Source of the DNA: Nitrosopumilus sp. | GTDB lineage: Archaea > Thermoproteota > Nitrososphaeria > Nitrososphaerales > Nitrosopumilaceae | Assembly: GCA_965214775.1 (NCBI GenBank) | Contig: OZ243974.1 | Location: 896,001 to 960,000 of the forward strand | Length of the DNA stretch: 64,000 nt | Direction of reading: 5' to 3' | In this document: in pieces, positions 40,093-50,311 of the stretch | Position numbering within the stretch: the stretch's first letter is position 1 | Layout: every line of letters starts with the position of its first letter | Program-made: the position numbers and the translations under genes | Notes under the pieces: generated by a model | Database searches by the model: none | Told to the model about the DNA's origin: nothing | Seen by the model: the letters and a program-made list of their open reading frames with translations, nothing else

Positions 40093-41181
40093 TCAAATTG
40101 TAACCAAGTCTTTTGTAAATTTGTGCATTACAAGAGCGCGATCCCTTACAATCAAGGAATCCTCAATTCTTACTCCGAATTTGTTTTCGATGTAAATTCC
40201 GGGTTCGACAGTTATTGCCATGTTTTTTTCTAATTTTGTTTCACTTTTGTAGGATACGGTTGGCAGCTCATGAACTTCCAATCCAATTCCATGGCCTGTT
40301 GAATGGACAAAGTATTTGCCAAGATTTTTGCCATCTATGAATCTCCGACAGGCAGCATCAACGTCTTTACAGCCTGCATTTGGCCTTACAGATTGCAGCC
40401 CCAATTTCTGCGATTCTTTGACAGTTTCATAGGCTTCACTTGCCTCATTAGAAATTTTGCCAAAGGCAAAGGTTCGTGTTGCGTCTGAAACATATCCCCT
40501 GTATCTTAGTGTAAGATCAGTAACGACAAGATCGCCCTTTTTGAATTTTCTTTGGGTGACTTGTGCGTGAGGAAGTGCCCCGTTTGGGCCTCCGGCAATA
40601 ATTAACGGATTCAGAGTGGACTTGTATCCGGTGTCAAACATTCCTTGTTCCATTGCAAATTTCATCAGAATTGTCTGAAGCTCGGATTCCTTTTGCCCTT
40701 CCTTCATCTTTTTTGTGCACAGCTCGAACATTTCGTCGATGATTTTTGATGCCTTTTTGAGGATTTTGATCTCGCTTTCATCCTTGATCATTCTTGCGTT
40801 GTAAAATGGCTCGGCGGAAGGCTTGATTTTTGGAACTGACTCTTTTAGATTGGCCATTGTTTGGTAGTTCTGGCAGTCAGTACAGGCTCTGTTTTTCCTG
40901 ATTTTTTTTCTTAGAGACGTGACTAGTCCTGTTCCGCGCTCGGCAGCAACCACGTCACAGTCCTCAGATTCGCCTTTTGCCCTGCCTGCCTCAAGTTCAG
41001 GCGCAATGATGGTTGTTCTGCCGTTTTTTTCCAACAGTCCTATCGCCTCTCCCCAGAACCCTGTCATGTAAAACAGGTTTTCAGGCTCAAATGCGACCAG
41101 CGTGTCACAGCCGATCTTTTGTGCATGTTTTAGAAGGTTTTTTCGACGCCGGCTCACAACAAACCATCTGGCTTTTCTCAA
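40093..41181 (-). CDS. Xaa-Pro peptidase (M24); start probably near 41157
   Basis: ALPH, GYVSDATRT, HSTGHGIGLEVHE, TVEPGIY, GVRIED. Confidence 0.93.
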   Translation of the reverse strand: MRKARWFVVSRRRKNLLKHAQKIGCDTLVAFEPENLFYMTGFWGEAIGLLEKNGRTTIIAPELEAGRAKGESEDCDVVAAERGTGLVTSLRKKIRKNRACTDCQNYQTMANLKESVPKIKPSAEPFYNARMIKDESEIKILKKASKIIDEMFELCTKKMKEGQKESELQTILMKFAMEQGMFDTGYKSTLNPLIIAGGPNGALPHAQVTQRKFKKGDLVVTDLTLRYRGYVSDATRTFAFGKISNEASEAYETVKESQKLGLQSVRPNAGCKDVDAACRRFIDGKNLGKYFVHSTGHGIGLEVHELPTVSYKSETKLEKNMAITVEPGIYIENKFGVRIEDSLIVRDRALVMHKFTKDLVTI

Positions 41182-41184
41182 TTT

Positions 41185-42258
41185 ATGTATGATGCAAAGT
41201 TTGTATATGGAAATTCAGTGGGGTTTCTTGTGACAGAAGACAAGGAAAATAAAGAGAAGAAAAAGAAGAAGGTTGTTGCGTTGCTGTCAGGCGGATTAGA
41301 CAGCCAGCTAGCAGTCAGAATGATGCAAGAGCAGGGATTTGACGTGTCAGCAGTTGCAATAAAGACGCCCTTTTGTGACTTTGATTGCGGAAGGGGGTGT
41401 GGTTTTGAGATCAGGGAACGCGCAGATGATCTCAATGTTGATCTGAAAACAGTGTATCTTGGTGACGAGTACATTGAGATGCTAAAAAATCCCAAACACG
41501 GAATTGGCGCAGGGTTTAACCCATGTGTGGATTGCCGTTCAATGATGTTTGAGGCGGCAAAAAAACACATGGAGGAAATCGGTGCGGAGTTTATAATTTC
41601 CGGAGAGGTTTTGGGACAGAGGCCCATGAGTCAGCATGCGCCCTCGCTTAGAACGATTGAAAAAGAGTCAAACCTGGTTGGAAAAATTGTAAGACCGCTA
41701 TCTGCAGGATTGCTTCCTCCAACAGATCCGGAAAAAGACGGCTTGATCAAAAGGGAGAACATGGGAATGATCAAAGGCAGAACAAGAAGAACGCAGCTAC
41801 AAATGGCAAAGGAGTATGGAATAGAAAATCCGCCAAATGCCGGTGGCGGATGCCTGCTAACAGATCCCGTCTTTGGAGTCAAGGCCAGGGATCTGTTTGA
41901 GCATACTGATACCCCCACAATAAATGATGTCGATTTGCTAAAAATTGGAAGGCATTTCAGATTGGATGAGCAAACGAAACTTGTCGTTGGAAGAAACAAG
42001 GATGAAAACGAAATGATTAAAGCAATTGCAATGCCAGGAGACGTTTTGCTTGAGGCAAAGGATCATGTCGGGCCAATTTCAATTATCCGTGGCAAAAACG
42101 CAAAGGAGCACCTTGGTTTTGCGTCGTCGGTAACTCTGAGATACTCTGATGCGCCAAAAAACGAATCATGTACGGTTTTAATCAAATCAGAAAATAATTT
42201 CGAAGAAATTACAACCAGAGGAGCTTTGGAGGAAGACTATCTGAAGTTTAGAATCTAG
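41185..42258 (+). CDS. PP-loop tRNA thiouridylase-like protein (ThiI/MnmA-related)
   Basis: ALLSGGLDS, NPCVDCR, GEVLGQRPMSQ, PNAGGGCLLT, GRHFR. Confidence 0.85.
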   Translation: MYDAKFVYGNSVGFLVTEDKENKEKKKKKVVALLSGGLDSQLAVRMMQEQGFDVSAVAIKTPFCDFDCGRGCGFEIRERADDLNVDLKTVYLGDEYIEMLKNPKHGIGAGFNPCVDCRSMMFEAAKKHMEEIGAEFIISGEVLGQRPMSQHAPSLRTIEKESNLVGKIVRPLSAGLLPPTDPEKDGLIKRENMGMIKGRTRRTQLQMAKEYGIENPPNAGGGCLLTDPVFGVKARDLFEHTDTPTINDVDLLKIGRHFRLDEQTKLVVGRNKDENEMIKAIAMPGDVLLEAKDHVGPISIIRGKNAKEHLGFASSVTLRYSDAPKNESCTVLIKSENNFEEITTRGALEEDYLKFRI

Positions 42259-42330
42259 GCGTGAAATTTTTAAAAAATTAGTTAAAACTAAGGAAGAGTT
42301 TTTGAAGAAGTAACCGCATTTTGAAATAGA

Positions 42331-42609
42331 ATGCAAAAGCAAGAAAATCCGACATATCTCAAAGCAGTTACAATTAGGGAGGTCAGTGATGTCTATTCAA
42401 TCAAGGAGGATATCAAAAAAGACATGATTTTGATTCTCAGGGTTACGCCGCTGGCACAAAAGGATGTTGAGCAGCTCAGAAAGGTGGTTGAAGAACTGTA
42501 TTCTATTGCAAAAACTGCTGGTGCAGACATAGCTAGATTGGGGGAGGAAAGAATCATCGTAGCCCCGTCCGGCATAAAGATATGGAAGCCAGAATACGAT
42601 CTAAAATAA
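42331..42609 (+). CDS. sepF: Archaeal SepF-like protein (DUF552)
   Basis: ILILRVTPL..L...V.EL....ADIARLGEERIIVAPSGIKI. Confidence 0.8.
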   Translation: MQKQENPTYLKAVTIREVSDVYSIKEDIKKDMILILRVTPLAQKDVEQLRKVVEELYSIAKTAGADIARLGEERIIVAPSGIKIWKPEYDLK

Positions 42610-44577
42610 TTTTATTGCCTCTTGAATCTGGGGATAATGTGCAGGAACTCTGTGCATGCGTCTAATGTTCATTGCAAGGTTTTCGGATTTCTTACGTTCG
42701 CCGTGATTGACTAGCACCCTTCTAAGTTTTGGTCTGAGACGCTGTACAAAGGACATCAGCTGGTTGTAGTCGCTGTGGCCGCTGAATCCGTCTAGTTTTT
42801 CAACTCCGCAGTTTATTGTGACAACTTCCACCTTTCCCTCTTTTCCAAGCATTGAGACTTGTTTTGAGCCATCTAAAACCCGTCTTCCAAGAGTCCCGTT
42901 TACCTGGTAGGATACAAACAGGGCCTTGTTCTTTTTGTCAGGCGCAATATTTTTGAAATATTCCAAGACGGGGCCGCCTTCCAGCATTCCGGATGTAGCC
43001 AAAATAATACATGGCGAATCCTCCCTCATCGGTTCTTCCCTTGCATCTGCATGCTCAATGTTTGTGAAATATTCAGAATCAAACGGATTGTCGTCAGTTT
43101 CAAGAATCTTTTGTTTTAATTCCCTTGCCAGATATTCAGGATATGATTCATGGATTGCAGATGCCTCGGAGATCATTCCTTCTGTAAATACGGGCGCTTC
43201 AATCATTTGGCCAGATTTCATATAATGGTCAATTACCATCATCAGTTCTTGGGCACGTCCCACTGCAGGAATTGGAATCAGGACTTTGCCCCCATCTGCC
43301 AGTGTGTTGTTTACAGCATTGATGAAGGCAGATTCGACTTCCTGCCGACTGGGTTGGATGTCTTCCTTTAGGCCATAAGTGCTTTCAATAAGCAGCGTTT
43401 CGGCCCTTGGGAAGTTCCAACTGGCTGCCTCAAACAAAATGCTTTTTCCAAACTTGATATCGCCAGAATAAACAAAATTATGATCGCCATTTCCAATATG
43501 GAAGTGACATAAAGCAGAACCTAAGATGTGTCCGGCATTTGCAAGAACCAGCTTGATGTCAGGTGAGATGTCCGTTACAGTTCCATAAGGCAACGTAATG
43601 GTCTGTCTCATGATTTGTTTTACGTCGCGCTCAGAGTAAATCGGGGTTCTTCCTTGTGCGGCTGCGACTTTGATTGCGTCTAACTGAATCAAGTTCATCA
43701 TTGGCAGGGTGGGCTCGGTGCAATAGATTGGTCCCTTGTATCCGTATTTGCAAAGTGTTGGTAAAAAGCCGGTATGATCCAAGTGGGCATGCCCAATTAC
43801 AACTGCGTCAATTTCATCCAGAGTCATATTCAGGGAATCCAGTCTGGGAAATGCGTCCATGGGAGAGCGGGCGCCGGGATTGATTCCGCAGTCTATCAAA
43901 ATTTTGCTTTCCGGGGTCGAGAGAAGCAGCGAAGAGCGTCCAACCTGGCCAAATCCTCCCAGGGTGTACAATGAAACTTCAGTCCTTTGGGACAGTCTAG
44001 GTCGGAAGATTTCATCCCCGACTTGCTTGAGTTGCTTACTACGCTCAGATGAGGCCTGCTTGAGAGTGGCATTTATTGTTTGAATTGTACGGGAAGGGAC
44101 CGTGGTAGCCTTTCTGACTCGTAGCCTCCATCCTATTTTTGCAGTCACCTCTGTATGATTGAATTCTTTTGCATTCCGCTGCAACAGCCAAGGCCGCTTG
44201 GCTTCAATTGAGACCTCGCCTGTGGCAGTATCAAATATCGTTCCCTGCAGATTTGCATTTTTTGGAACGCATTCTGCTAGAATTTTTCTGGCCTGGTCTT
44301 CTGGTTTACGAATTGATTCGTCTGTTCTAACTACAATTCTTTTTTTAATTACATTTACAAGATTGGAGATTGTTTCATTGTTTTCCATCAGGTATCGCGG
44401 GGAACTTGTATACAGTGCAATTCTTGGCCCTTCATATTCAATTTTTGTAACGCTTGCTTCCTTGGGAATACTTTGCAGTATGGTGGCCATTATGTTTTGG
44501 CTTGAAGGTAATTCTTTGGATGGTTGTTTTCTTTGCATTAAATCACTAAAGTTCGATGACAGCTTTCTTTTGCTCAT
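42601..44577 (-). CDS. beta-CASP ribonuclease aCPSF1 (FttA)
   Basis: KH domains (IEYEGPRIALY), LGGFGQVGRS, HAHLDH, AGHILGS, GFSGHSD. Confidence 0.95.
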   Translation of the reverse strand: MSKRKLSSNFSDLMQRKQPSKELPSSQNIMATILQSIPKEASVTKIEYEGPRIALYTSSPRYLMENNETISNLVNVIKKRIVVRTDESIRKPEDQARKILAECVPKNANLQGTIFDTATGEVSIEAKRPWLLQRNAKEFNHTEVTAKIGWRLRVRKATTVPSRTIQTINATLKQASSERSKQLKQVGDEIFRPRLSQRTEVSLYTLGGFGQVGRSSLLLSTPESKILIDCGINPGARSPMDAFPRLDSLNMTLDEIDAVVIGHAHLDHTGFLPTLCKYGYKGPIYCTEPTLPMMNLIQLDAIKVAAAQGRTPIYSERDVKQIMRQTITLPYGTVTDISPDIKLVLANAGHILGSALCHFHIGNGDHNFVYSGDIKFGKSILFEAASWNFPRAETLLIESTYGLKEDIQPSRQEVESAFINAVNNTLADGGKVLIPIPAVGRAQELMMVIDHYMKSGQMIEAPVFTEGMISEASAIHESYPEYLARELKQKILETDDNPFDSEYFTNIEHADAREEPMREDSPCIILATSGMLEGGPVLEYFKNIAPDKKNKALFVSYQVNGTLGRRVLDGSKQVSMLGKEGKVEVVTINCGVEKLDGFSGHSDYNQLMSFVQRLRPKLRRVLVNHGERKKSENLAMNIRRMHRVPAHYPQIQEAIKLF

Positions 44578-45187
44578 CGGTCAGAAGACGGAAGCCGTCT
44601 TTATCCATGATGGCGACGTTGATTCCGTCGCCCGTGCCAATATTTCTAACGATGGCAGCTTTTACTGCACGTAAAGCAATTTTCTTTGCCTCTTCTACGG
44701 TGAGGTCTTCTCTGTATTCGTCTTCAAGCAGGCCATAAGCAACAGGAGAGCCACTTCCCGTAGTAACGTATGATTTGCCTTCGACTGAGCCAAACATGTC
44801 AATGTTAAACAATGCAGGCCCTTGTGCGTCATAACCGCCAACCAAGATATCGGCCATGAATGGATAGCCCCTGTTTTGATGAAATATCAATGAACAAAGC
44901 CTTGCCAAAGAATGGATTGAGATGGGTCCTTGTTTTTCCACTCTGTGCAAGTTAGAATGATAGCGCAGGATATCGACGATGTTTTGTGCATCAGCCACTC
45001 CGCCGGCCAAGGTCAGACCGGCATGATGATCAATTTTTTGGATTTTCATGGTATTGTTATTTGCAATAAAATAACCCGCACTGGCTCGCATATCTGCACA
45101 TAGTACAACGCCATCTTTGGCCTTGATGCCTACTGTTGTAGTCCCGTGCAGAATTTTTTCTTCGACATTATTTGACAAAAAATACAC
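44546..45187 (-). CDS. psmB: Proteasome subunit beta
   Basis: HGTTTVGI propeptide cleavage site, DMRAS.G, TGSGS. Confidence 0.95.
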   Translation of the reverse strand: MYFLSNNVEEKILHGTTTVGIKAKDGVVLCADMRASAGYFIANNNTMKIQKIDHHAGLTLAGGVADAQNIVDILRYHSNLHRVEKQGPISIHSLARLCSLIFHQNRGYPFMADILVGGYDAQGPALFNIDMFGSVEGKSYVTTGSGSPVAYGLLEDEYREDLTVEEAKKIALRAVKAAIVRNIGTGDGINVAIMDKDGFRLLTDEQKKAVIEL

Positions 45188-45255
45188 CTATTAAGATAAA
45201 GTAGGTGGCATTCCACCCTTTTAAATAACTTTTTGATCCGTTGAAATCATAAATA

Positions 45256-46329
45256 ATGACAAAAAATCAAGATCGCATGCAATCATCACATACGATGGAA
45301 CTGCCTAGGCTCATAGAAATAGGCGAAAAAAACATTGCGGATTTTGGAAAGTTCTTAAAAAGGCTAGACAGGCCAAAAAAAGTTTCGTTGATTTCCGGAA
45401 CAAATGTTCAGAAAGTTTTAAGGAAAAAAATAGAAAAATCTCTCAATTCAAATAGGATTAAATTTATTTGGCATACCTCAGCTGACAATCAGATAGAATC
45501 GCTAAATCGGATTCAAAAAAACGTGAAAAAAGACAGGGCATGCCTGATAGCAGGGATTGGTGGCGGGAGATCTGTTGACGCTGCAAAGTTAATTGCCCAT
45601 AATTTGGAAACATCGTTTGTTAGTTTGCCGACTGCAGCATCCCATGATGGGATGGCAAGCCCGTTTGTTTCTGTCAAGAGTGACAAGCCTCATTCAATCG
45701 TAGCAACGGCCCCGATGGGGGTTTTTGTAGATATAGACATCATCAAAAAAGCACCAAAAAAATTGCTTGCAAGCGGATGCGGGGATTTGATTGCAAACAT
45801 TATTGCAGTTAAAGATTGGCAACTTGGCCACGAAAAGAAAAAAGAGTACTATGGAAGATATGCAGCAGACTTGGCTTTGATGAGTGCCAAGATAGTAATG
45901 GAAAACTCGCCAGAATTTGCAAAAAAAGGCTGTTGTCCGGATGCCAGAGTAATCGTCGAGGGATTAATCAGTGCAGGCGTTGCCTCGTGTATTGCAGGAA
46001 GTAGCAGGCCATGTTCTGGTGCAGAACACCTGTTCTCACACGCACTTGATAAAATCGCGCCAGGAATTGGATTACATGGTGAAAAGTGCGGGGTTGGTTC
46101 CATTTTGATTGGAAAACTACAGGGGCAGGATTGGAAAAAAATTGTCAAGACGTTAAAAAATGTCGGAGCACCGACAAACGCAAAGGAGATCGGATTGACT
46201 GAAGAAATGGTAATAAAGGCACTAACTATCGCACAAGACCTCAGGCCTGAGAGATATACGGTTTTAAAAGAGATCAAAATGACTGACAGGAAGGCACGAG
46301 ATCTTGCAAAGAGTACCAGAGTAATCTGA
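45256..46329 (+). CDS. egsA: sn-glycerol-1-phosphate dehydrogenase
   Basis: GGGRSVD, PTAASHDG.ASP, SSRPCSGAEHLFSHALD, LHGEKCG. Confidence 0.95.
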   Translation: MTKNQDRMQSSHTMELPRLIEIGEKNIADFGKFLKRLDRPKKVSLISGTNVQKVLRKKIEKSLNSNRIKFIWHTSADNQIESLNRIQKNVKKDRACLIAGIGGGRSVDAAKLIAHNLETSFVSLPTAASHDGMASPFVSVKSDKPHSIVATAPMGVFVDIDIIKKAPKKLLASGCGDLIANIIAVKDWQLGHEKKKEYYGRYAADLALMSAKIVMENSPEFAKKGCCPDARVIVEGLISAGVASCIAGSSRPCSGAEHLFSHALDKIAPGIGLHGEKCGVGSILIGKLQGQDWKKIVKTLKNVGAPTNAKEIGLTEEMVIKALTIAQDLRPERYTVLKEIKMTDRKARDLAKSTRVI

Positions 46330-46331
46330 GT

Positions 46332-47480
46332 TTAAGCGGTCTTTTCTTCTTCTGCTGTTGGGTTTTCAGCGGTCTTTTCTTCTTCTGCTGTTGGGTTTTC
46401 AGCGGTCTTTTCTTCTTCTGCTGTTGGGTTTTCAGCGGTCTTTTCTTCTTCTGCTGTTGGGTTTTCAGCGGTCTTTTCTTCTTCTGCTGTTGGGTTTTCA
46501 GCGGTCTTTTCTTCTTCTGCTGTTGGGTTTTCAGCGGTCTTTTCTTCTTCTGCTGTTGGGTTTTCAGCGGTCTTTTCTTCTTCTGCTGTTGGGTTTTCAG
46601 CGGTCTTTTCTTCTTCTGCTGTTGGGTTTTCAGCGGTCTTTTCTTCTTCTGCTGTTGGGTTTTCAGCGGTCTTTTCTTCTTCTGCTGTTGGGTTTTCAGC
46701 GGTCTTTTCTTCTTCTGCTGTTGGGTTTTCAGCGGTCTTTTCTTCTTCTGCTGTTGGGTTTTCAGCGGTCTTGTATTTCGTTTCTTGAGCTTGCTTGCTG
46801 ATATATGTCTCAACAAAACTTACTTTTTCAATTGTTGGAACAAATTTGAAAATATCAAGTTGGATAAAGTGTTTCATGGTTTGTAAATTAGGAGCACGCA
46901 AAATCTCTTCATGCACTAAAATGCTTACCTCTTTGTCTTTCAAATCAAATGAAATTTTAGAATCTTCCACTGGGAATCTGTTTTTTAGAATTCCATCAAC
47001 TTTGTCATTGGGCGAATCAAGTGATTTAATGACATTTACATCAAAGAGGATGGTTTTTCCTGCATGTTTGTGATTGTAATCTACTTGAACTCTGCCTGAA
47101 CCAATAAATCGGATAATTCCCTTTTTGTTATCTACTTCGATTGTATCTCCAACTGAAACTTTCTCTGCATCTTCGCCTAATTTTCTTATAGAAATCATTC
47201 TAATTTTACGAGAATCACGTGTGCCAAATCCTTTGTCAGGAGTTACTTCAACTGTAAGTTTATCGCCTACTGCAGTTTTTGCTAATGCCTCATCAAGACC
47301 TTGTAGGACAGGGTAAGAGATTTCGCCAATTGAAACTAGTTTTGGTTGATACTTTACATTTTCTTCATAAATTAAATTTTTTATTGCATCCTCCTCAATT
47401 GTTGTGTCAAACACTTTCTCACTATCTTTCACTTTTGCAGTGTAATCTACAAGGACAAGTGAACCTTTATCGAAAGTCAA
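46332..47480 (-). CDS. FKBP-type peptidyl-prolyl isomerase (SlyD-like) with acidic repeat tail
   Basis: VDYTAK..VFDTT, GLDEAL, PDKGFG.RD, VDYNHKHAGKTILF. Confidence 0.9.
   Translation of the reverse strand: MTFDKGSLVLVDYTAKVKDSEKVFDTTIEEDAIKNLIYEENVKYQPKLVSIGEISYPVLQGLDEALAKTAVGDKLTVEVTPDKGFGTRDSRKIRMISIRKLGEDAEKVSVGDTIEVDNKKGIIRFIGSGRVQVDYNHKHAGKTILFDVNVIKSLDSPNDKVDGILKNRFPVEDSKISFDLKDKEVSILVHEEILRAPNLQTMKHFIQLDIFKFVPTIEKVSFVETYISKQAQETKYKTAENPTAEEEKTAENPTAEEEKTAENPTAEEEKTAENPTAEEEKTAENPTAEEEKTAENPTAEEEKTAENPTAEEEKTAENPTAEEEKTAENPTAEEEKTAENPTAEEEKTAENPTAEEEKTAENPTAEEEKTAENPTAEEEKTA
46336..46772. repeat. Perfect 33-bp tandem repeat x13 encoding TAENPTAEEEK
   Basis: Unit GCGGTCTTTTCTTCTTCTGCTGTTGGGTTTTCA, identical copies, no spacers. 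Confidence 0.97.
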
Positions 47481-47608
47481 TGTGATCGGTCTCGAATTTC
47501 CTTATATTAAGTTAAACCTAGAAGCTCTACAATTGAGCCCGTAAAACCCGTAAAATTAGAAGGGACTGTTTTATCAAAATCTTGCATCGGAGATGAAGAA
47601 AATGGCAG

Positions 47609-47690
47609 TAGACTTTATGCGTAATCGACCTGAGTGAGATGAATTTGTTCGTAATAATCCCAGATCTGAACCGATTACGCATGAGGTCTA
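47609..47690. mobile_element. MITE family E (inverted relative to 13651)
   Basis: TAGACTTTATGCGTAATCG...CGATTACGCATGAGGTCTA. Confidence 0.88.
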
Positions 47691-47803
47691 TCGTGTCCAG
47701 AATGCCATCGTTTCAATCAGGAGAAGATCCATATTTCAGGTGTCGAAGATTGGACAGAACCGACGTAAGCAATACCTAAATAATCAATTGTTACATATAC
47801 AAC

Positions 47804-48227
47804 ATGAAGCAAGTCGATTGTGATTGGACAGAACAAGACACTGAAATTTGTGTTAGGGCAGAAAACAGTGGCATGGCCCTTAATGCAAAAACAAATGAAC
47901 CCTTAACATTACAGGAACTAGGGGTGCTGGCCTCATCATATGACAAGGTACGAGAAAACACTACAATAGATGTGTTTTTAAAAGACAAGATAAACTCAAT
48001 ACCGTTTGAGTTCTAGACGTTTCATCAAATTCTCGGTAGATTTTGCACGACAGTATCAGCTAGCTTGGTACAACCAACGTCCATTAATCGTCAGGTGTAT
48101 TGATGAGTTAGAGAGTGGAAATGTACGAATTGTAAATTGTCCAGGCGAAGATAGATCTTATTCCGAATATGCAAAATGCAGAGTGTATTTTAGAGATGAA
48201 ACTCTTCTCAGTATTGAGTTTGTATAA
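47804..48227 (+). pseudogene. Probable frameshifted hypothetical gene
   Basis: Two overlapping same-strand ORFs (47804-48016, 48006-48227) joinable by a single shift near 48006. Confidence 0.45.
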
Positions 48228-48243
48228 CAGAAGGAACTGGGCC

Positions 48244-48390
48244 CCTAGGCAGAGTTGAAGCCACGACCGCCTGCCGGACAGGCATGAAAACCACAGCTGC
48301 AGGCAGAATCGGCCCTGATAAGCGTGGACGGTACGAACAAGTGGAAGACGATAATCCAGAACGCCGGCCTGGGCAAGTACTCTGTCTAGG
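48244..48390 (+). mobile_element. Deleted DDE-transposase element remnant with short IRs
   Basis: IR CCTAGGCAGAGT / ACTCTGTCTAGG. Encodes ISVDGTNKWKTIIQNA, resembling archaeal IS6-like transposase C-termini. Confidence 0.55.
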
Positions 48391-48479
48391 CTAAATTTTC
48401 AATCAGGAGAAGATCCATATTTCAGGTGTCGAAGATTGCACAGAACCCGGTTGAGAAAAAGATAATTAAGATAAAATAA

Positions 48480-48758
48480 TTATGCGAGTAGTTTTGTTTG
48501 TAAATTACTTATTTTCATTGCGGGATAATATTGCATGAAATTAAATAGTCTAGATCTAATATCAGATTCAGATGTCGGTCTGTTACCAAATTCCATTGTG
48601 AAAGTTAGTGTTTGACCGGATTTACTTTCAGATGTTATATTAAGATCTGGATATTGTTGTGCCAATCTCATTTTCATAAGCCTGCCCCAATCACATGGTT
48701 TAACATCATTTCCAGTTTGGACATTGGACTCAACATCAAAGCTTACTGACACGTTCAT
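48480..48758 (-). CDS. Hypothetical protein (92 aa, AT-rich)
   Basis: Clean ATG-TAA ORF with globular composition. Confidence 0.55.
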   Translation of the reverse strand: MNVSVSFDVESNVQTGNDVKPCDWGRLMKMRLAQQYPDLNITSESKSGQTLTFTMEFGNRPTSESDIRSRLFNFMQYYPAMKISNLQTKLLA

Positions 48759-49056
48759 TTCAGATTAATAACCTCCTCCTCATCATCATCTGAATCAATT
48801 TATTACTTTTTCGTAGGAAAGGCATGACTAAAAAGACGATGGTGCTTTCAGATGACAAAGATTTTCTATATTCTTTCATGATGTTTCTAGACTTTATAAC
48901 AAAGGGCAATTTTCCAGATTTAAAGCACATGAGGTTTTTATGAACATCATTAATTATCGTAGGCAAAATATCATATGGTCTGGCTTGTGTGAACCAAGCT
49001 ACCAAAAAGTGAGAAATAATTTCCTAGGGAAAAATTGGGATTTGTCATAATGACTA

Positions 49057-49184
49057 GAGGTTGTCGCCTAATTCATAACAGCTCGGGCTCTGGAAGTTCA
49101 GGCATGAGTTTTTCTACTGGAATTTCGATCAAAATAGAATTCGTGCCTGAAATCAGAAACGGTTTTCAGAACCCGATCAGTCAT
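49057..49184. mobile_element. Family C end fused to a family A variant
   Basis: GAGGTTGTCGCCTAATTC followed directly by ATAACAGCTCGGGCTCTGGAAGTTCAGGC...CAGAACCCGATCAG. Confidence 0.75.
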
Positions 49185-49208
49185 AAAATATTGAGAATTA
49201 AGCTGACA

Positions 49209-50009
49209 CTAGTTCAACCCTTCTTCAACAGCCTTTAGCAGGTTAACAAACTGCGGGTGTTTTGTACTTGCACTGCCAACAAGAATGCCATCAACATTAT
49301 CTTGTCTGAGATAACCACGGACATTGTCTTCATTTACACTGCCCCCGTATAGTATACGGACGGTATCAGTTGTAGGTTCGCCAAGAATGTTATTCAAAAC
49401 ATGTCTTATAGATCCATGTATTTCATTAACAGAACTGGCATCCGGAGGAGATACCGGATTCTCTGAGCTTATAGCCCAGACGGGTTCATAAGCAATGCCT
49501 AGTCTGTCTTTTACCAAATCAGAAGGCAGGTCTTCCAAGGTTTCTGCCAATTGACTTTCTAGAATCTTGATTGTCTTGTTTTGATTCTTTTCTTCAAGAC
49601 TTTCTCCAATACACAGAATTATCTTCAATTTAGACTGAGTTAATGCAGCTTTTGCTTTTTCATGAATTAATTTGTCGGATTCACCTTTGTATTTGCGCAA
49701 CTCAGAGTGACCAAGAATTACATATGTACAACCAACATCATCTAACATTTCAGGTGTGATGTGACCCGTATATGCGCCATAACTACCAAGATCAACGTCT
49801 TGCCCGCTTAATTCAATATTAGTTCCGTTGACTGCATTGATTACAGGTATTAAGTGAAGAAATGATGGAGACAGTACTAGTTCACAATCATCTTTTTTTG
49901 TACTTTGTAGATTACGCCAATCGGCAATTTGTTTTGCAAGCTTTTGGGCACTTGCAGCATTCAGGTATGCCTTCCATGCGCCTACTACAATTTTTTTACG
50001 TTCTGCCAT
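49209..50009 (-). CDS. tpiA: Bacterial-type triosephosphate isomerase homologue (divergent)
   Basis: GAWK, GAYTG, VILGHSELR, ILCIGESLEE, IAYEPVWAI, ILYGGSV, DGILVGSAS; 266 aa. Confidence 0.85.
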   Translation of the reverse strand: MAERKKIVVGAWKAYLNAASAQKLAKQIADWRNLQSTKKDDCELVLSPSFLHLIPVINAVNGTNIELSGQDVDLGSYGAYTGHITPEMLDDVGCTYVILGHSELRKYKGESDKLIHEKAKAALTQSKLKIILCIGESLEEKNQNKTIKILESQLAETLEDLPSDLVKDRLGIAYEPVWAISSENPVSPPDASSVNEIHGSIRHVLNNILGEPTTDTVRILYGGSVNEDNVRGYLRQDNVDGILVGSASTKHPQFVNLLKAVEEGLN

Positions 50010-50311
50010 TCAAATTACCTTGCTTACTTGATGTGAATCGAATGCCGAATTGAAGATATATAATTTACGAGAAAAACCACGGGATGGACTAGTAGTAGTG
50101 CCACCATATGATGGCATCTGCCCATATCAACAAGAGGGATTTGCTGTTTTGAATTGAGTCTAATTTGAGCTGTTTCAAATTAAGAACCGTTTTATGCGGC
50201 ATTTCTGGGAAGGTTGATTCTGGAACAAAATTTTCGTGTAAAAAATGCATGCTTTGCATTCTCCTGTTGCAGATTCGCACGTTCCCGTCTGCACTGCCAT
50301 CATAAGTCAAG

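Larger units (their letters stand above)
47711..48447. repeat. 51-bp direct repeats (family D right end, IS6-like) flanking a cargo segment
   Basis: 47711-47761 and 48397-48447 differ at one base. Both end GAAGATTG(G/C)ACAGAACC, as at 61532-61548. Confidence 0.85.

Noticed and set aside
46336-46772. CRISPR array
   Set aside because: Contiguous identical 33-mers with no spacers, in frame within a CDS, and no cas genes in the window.
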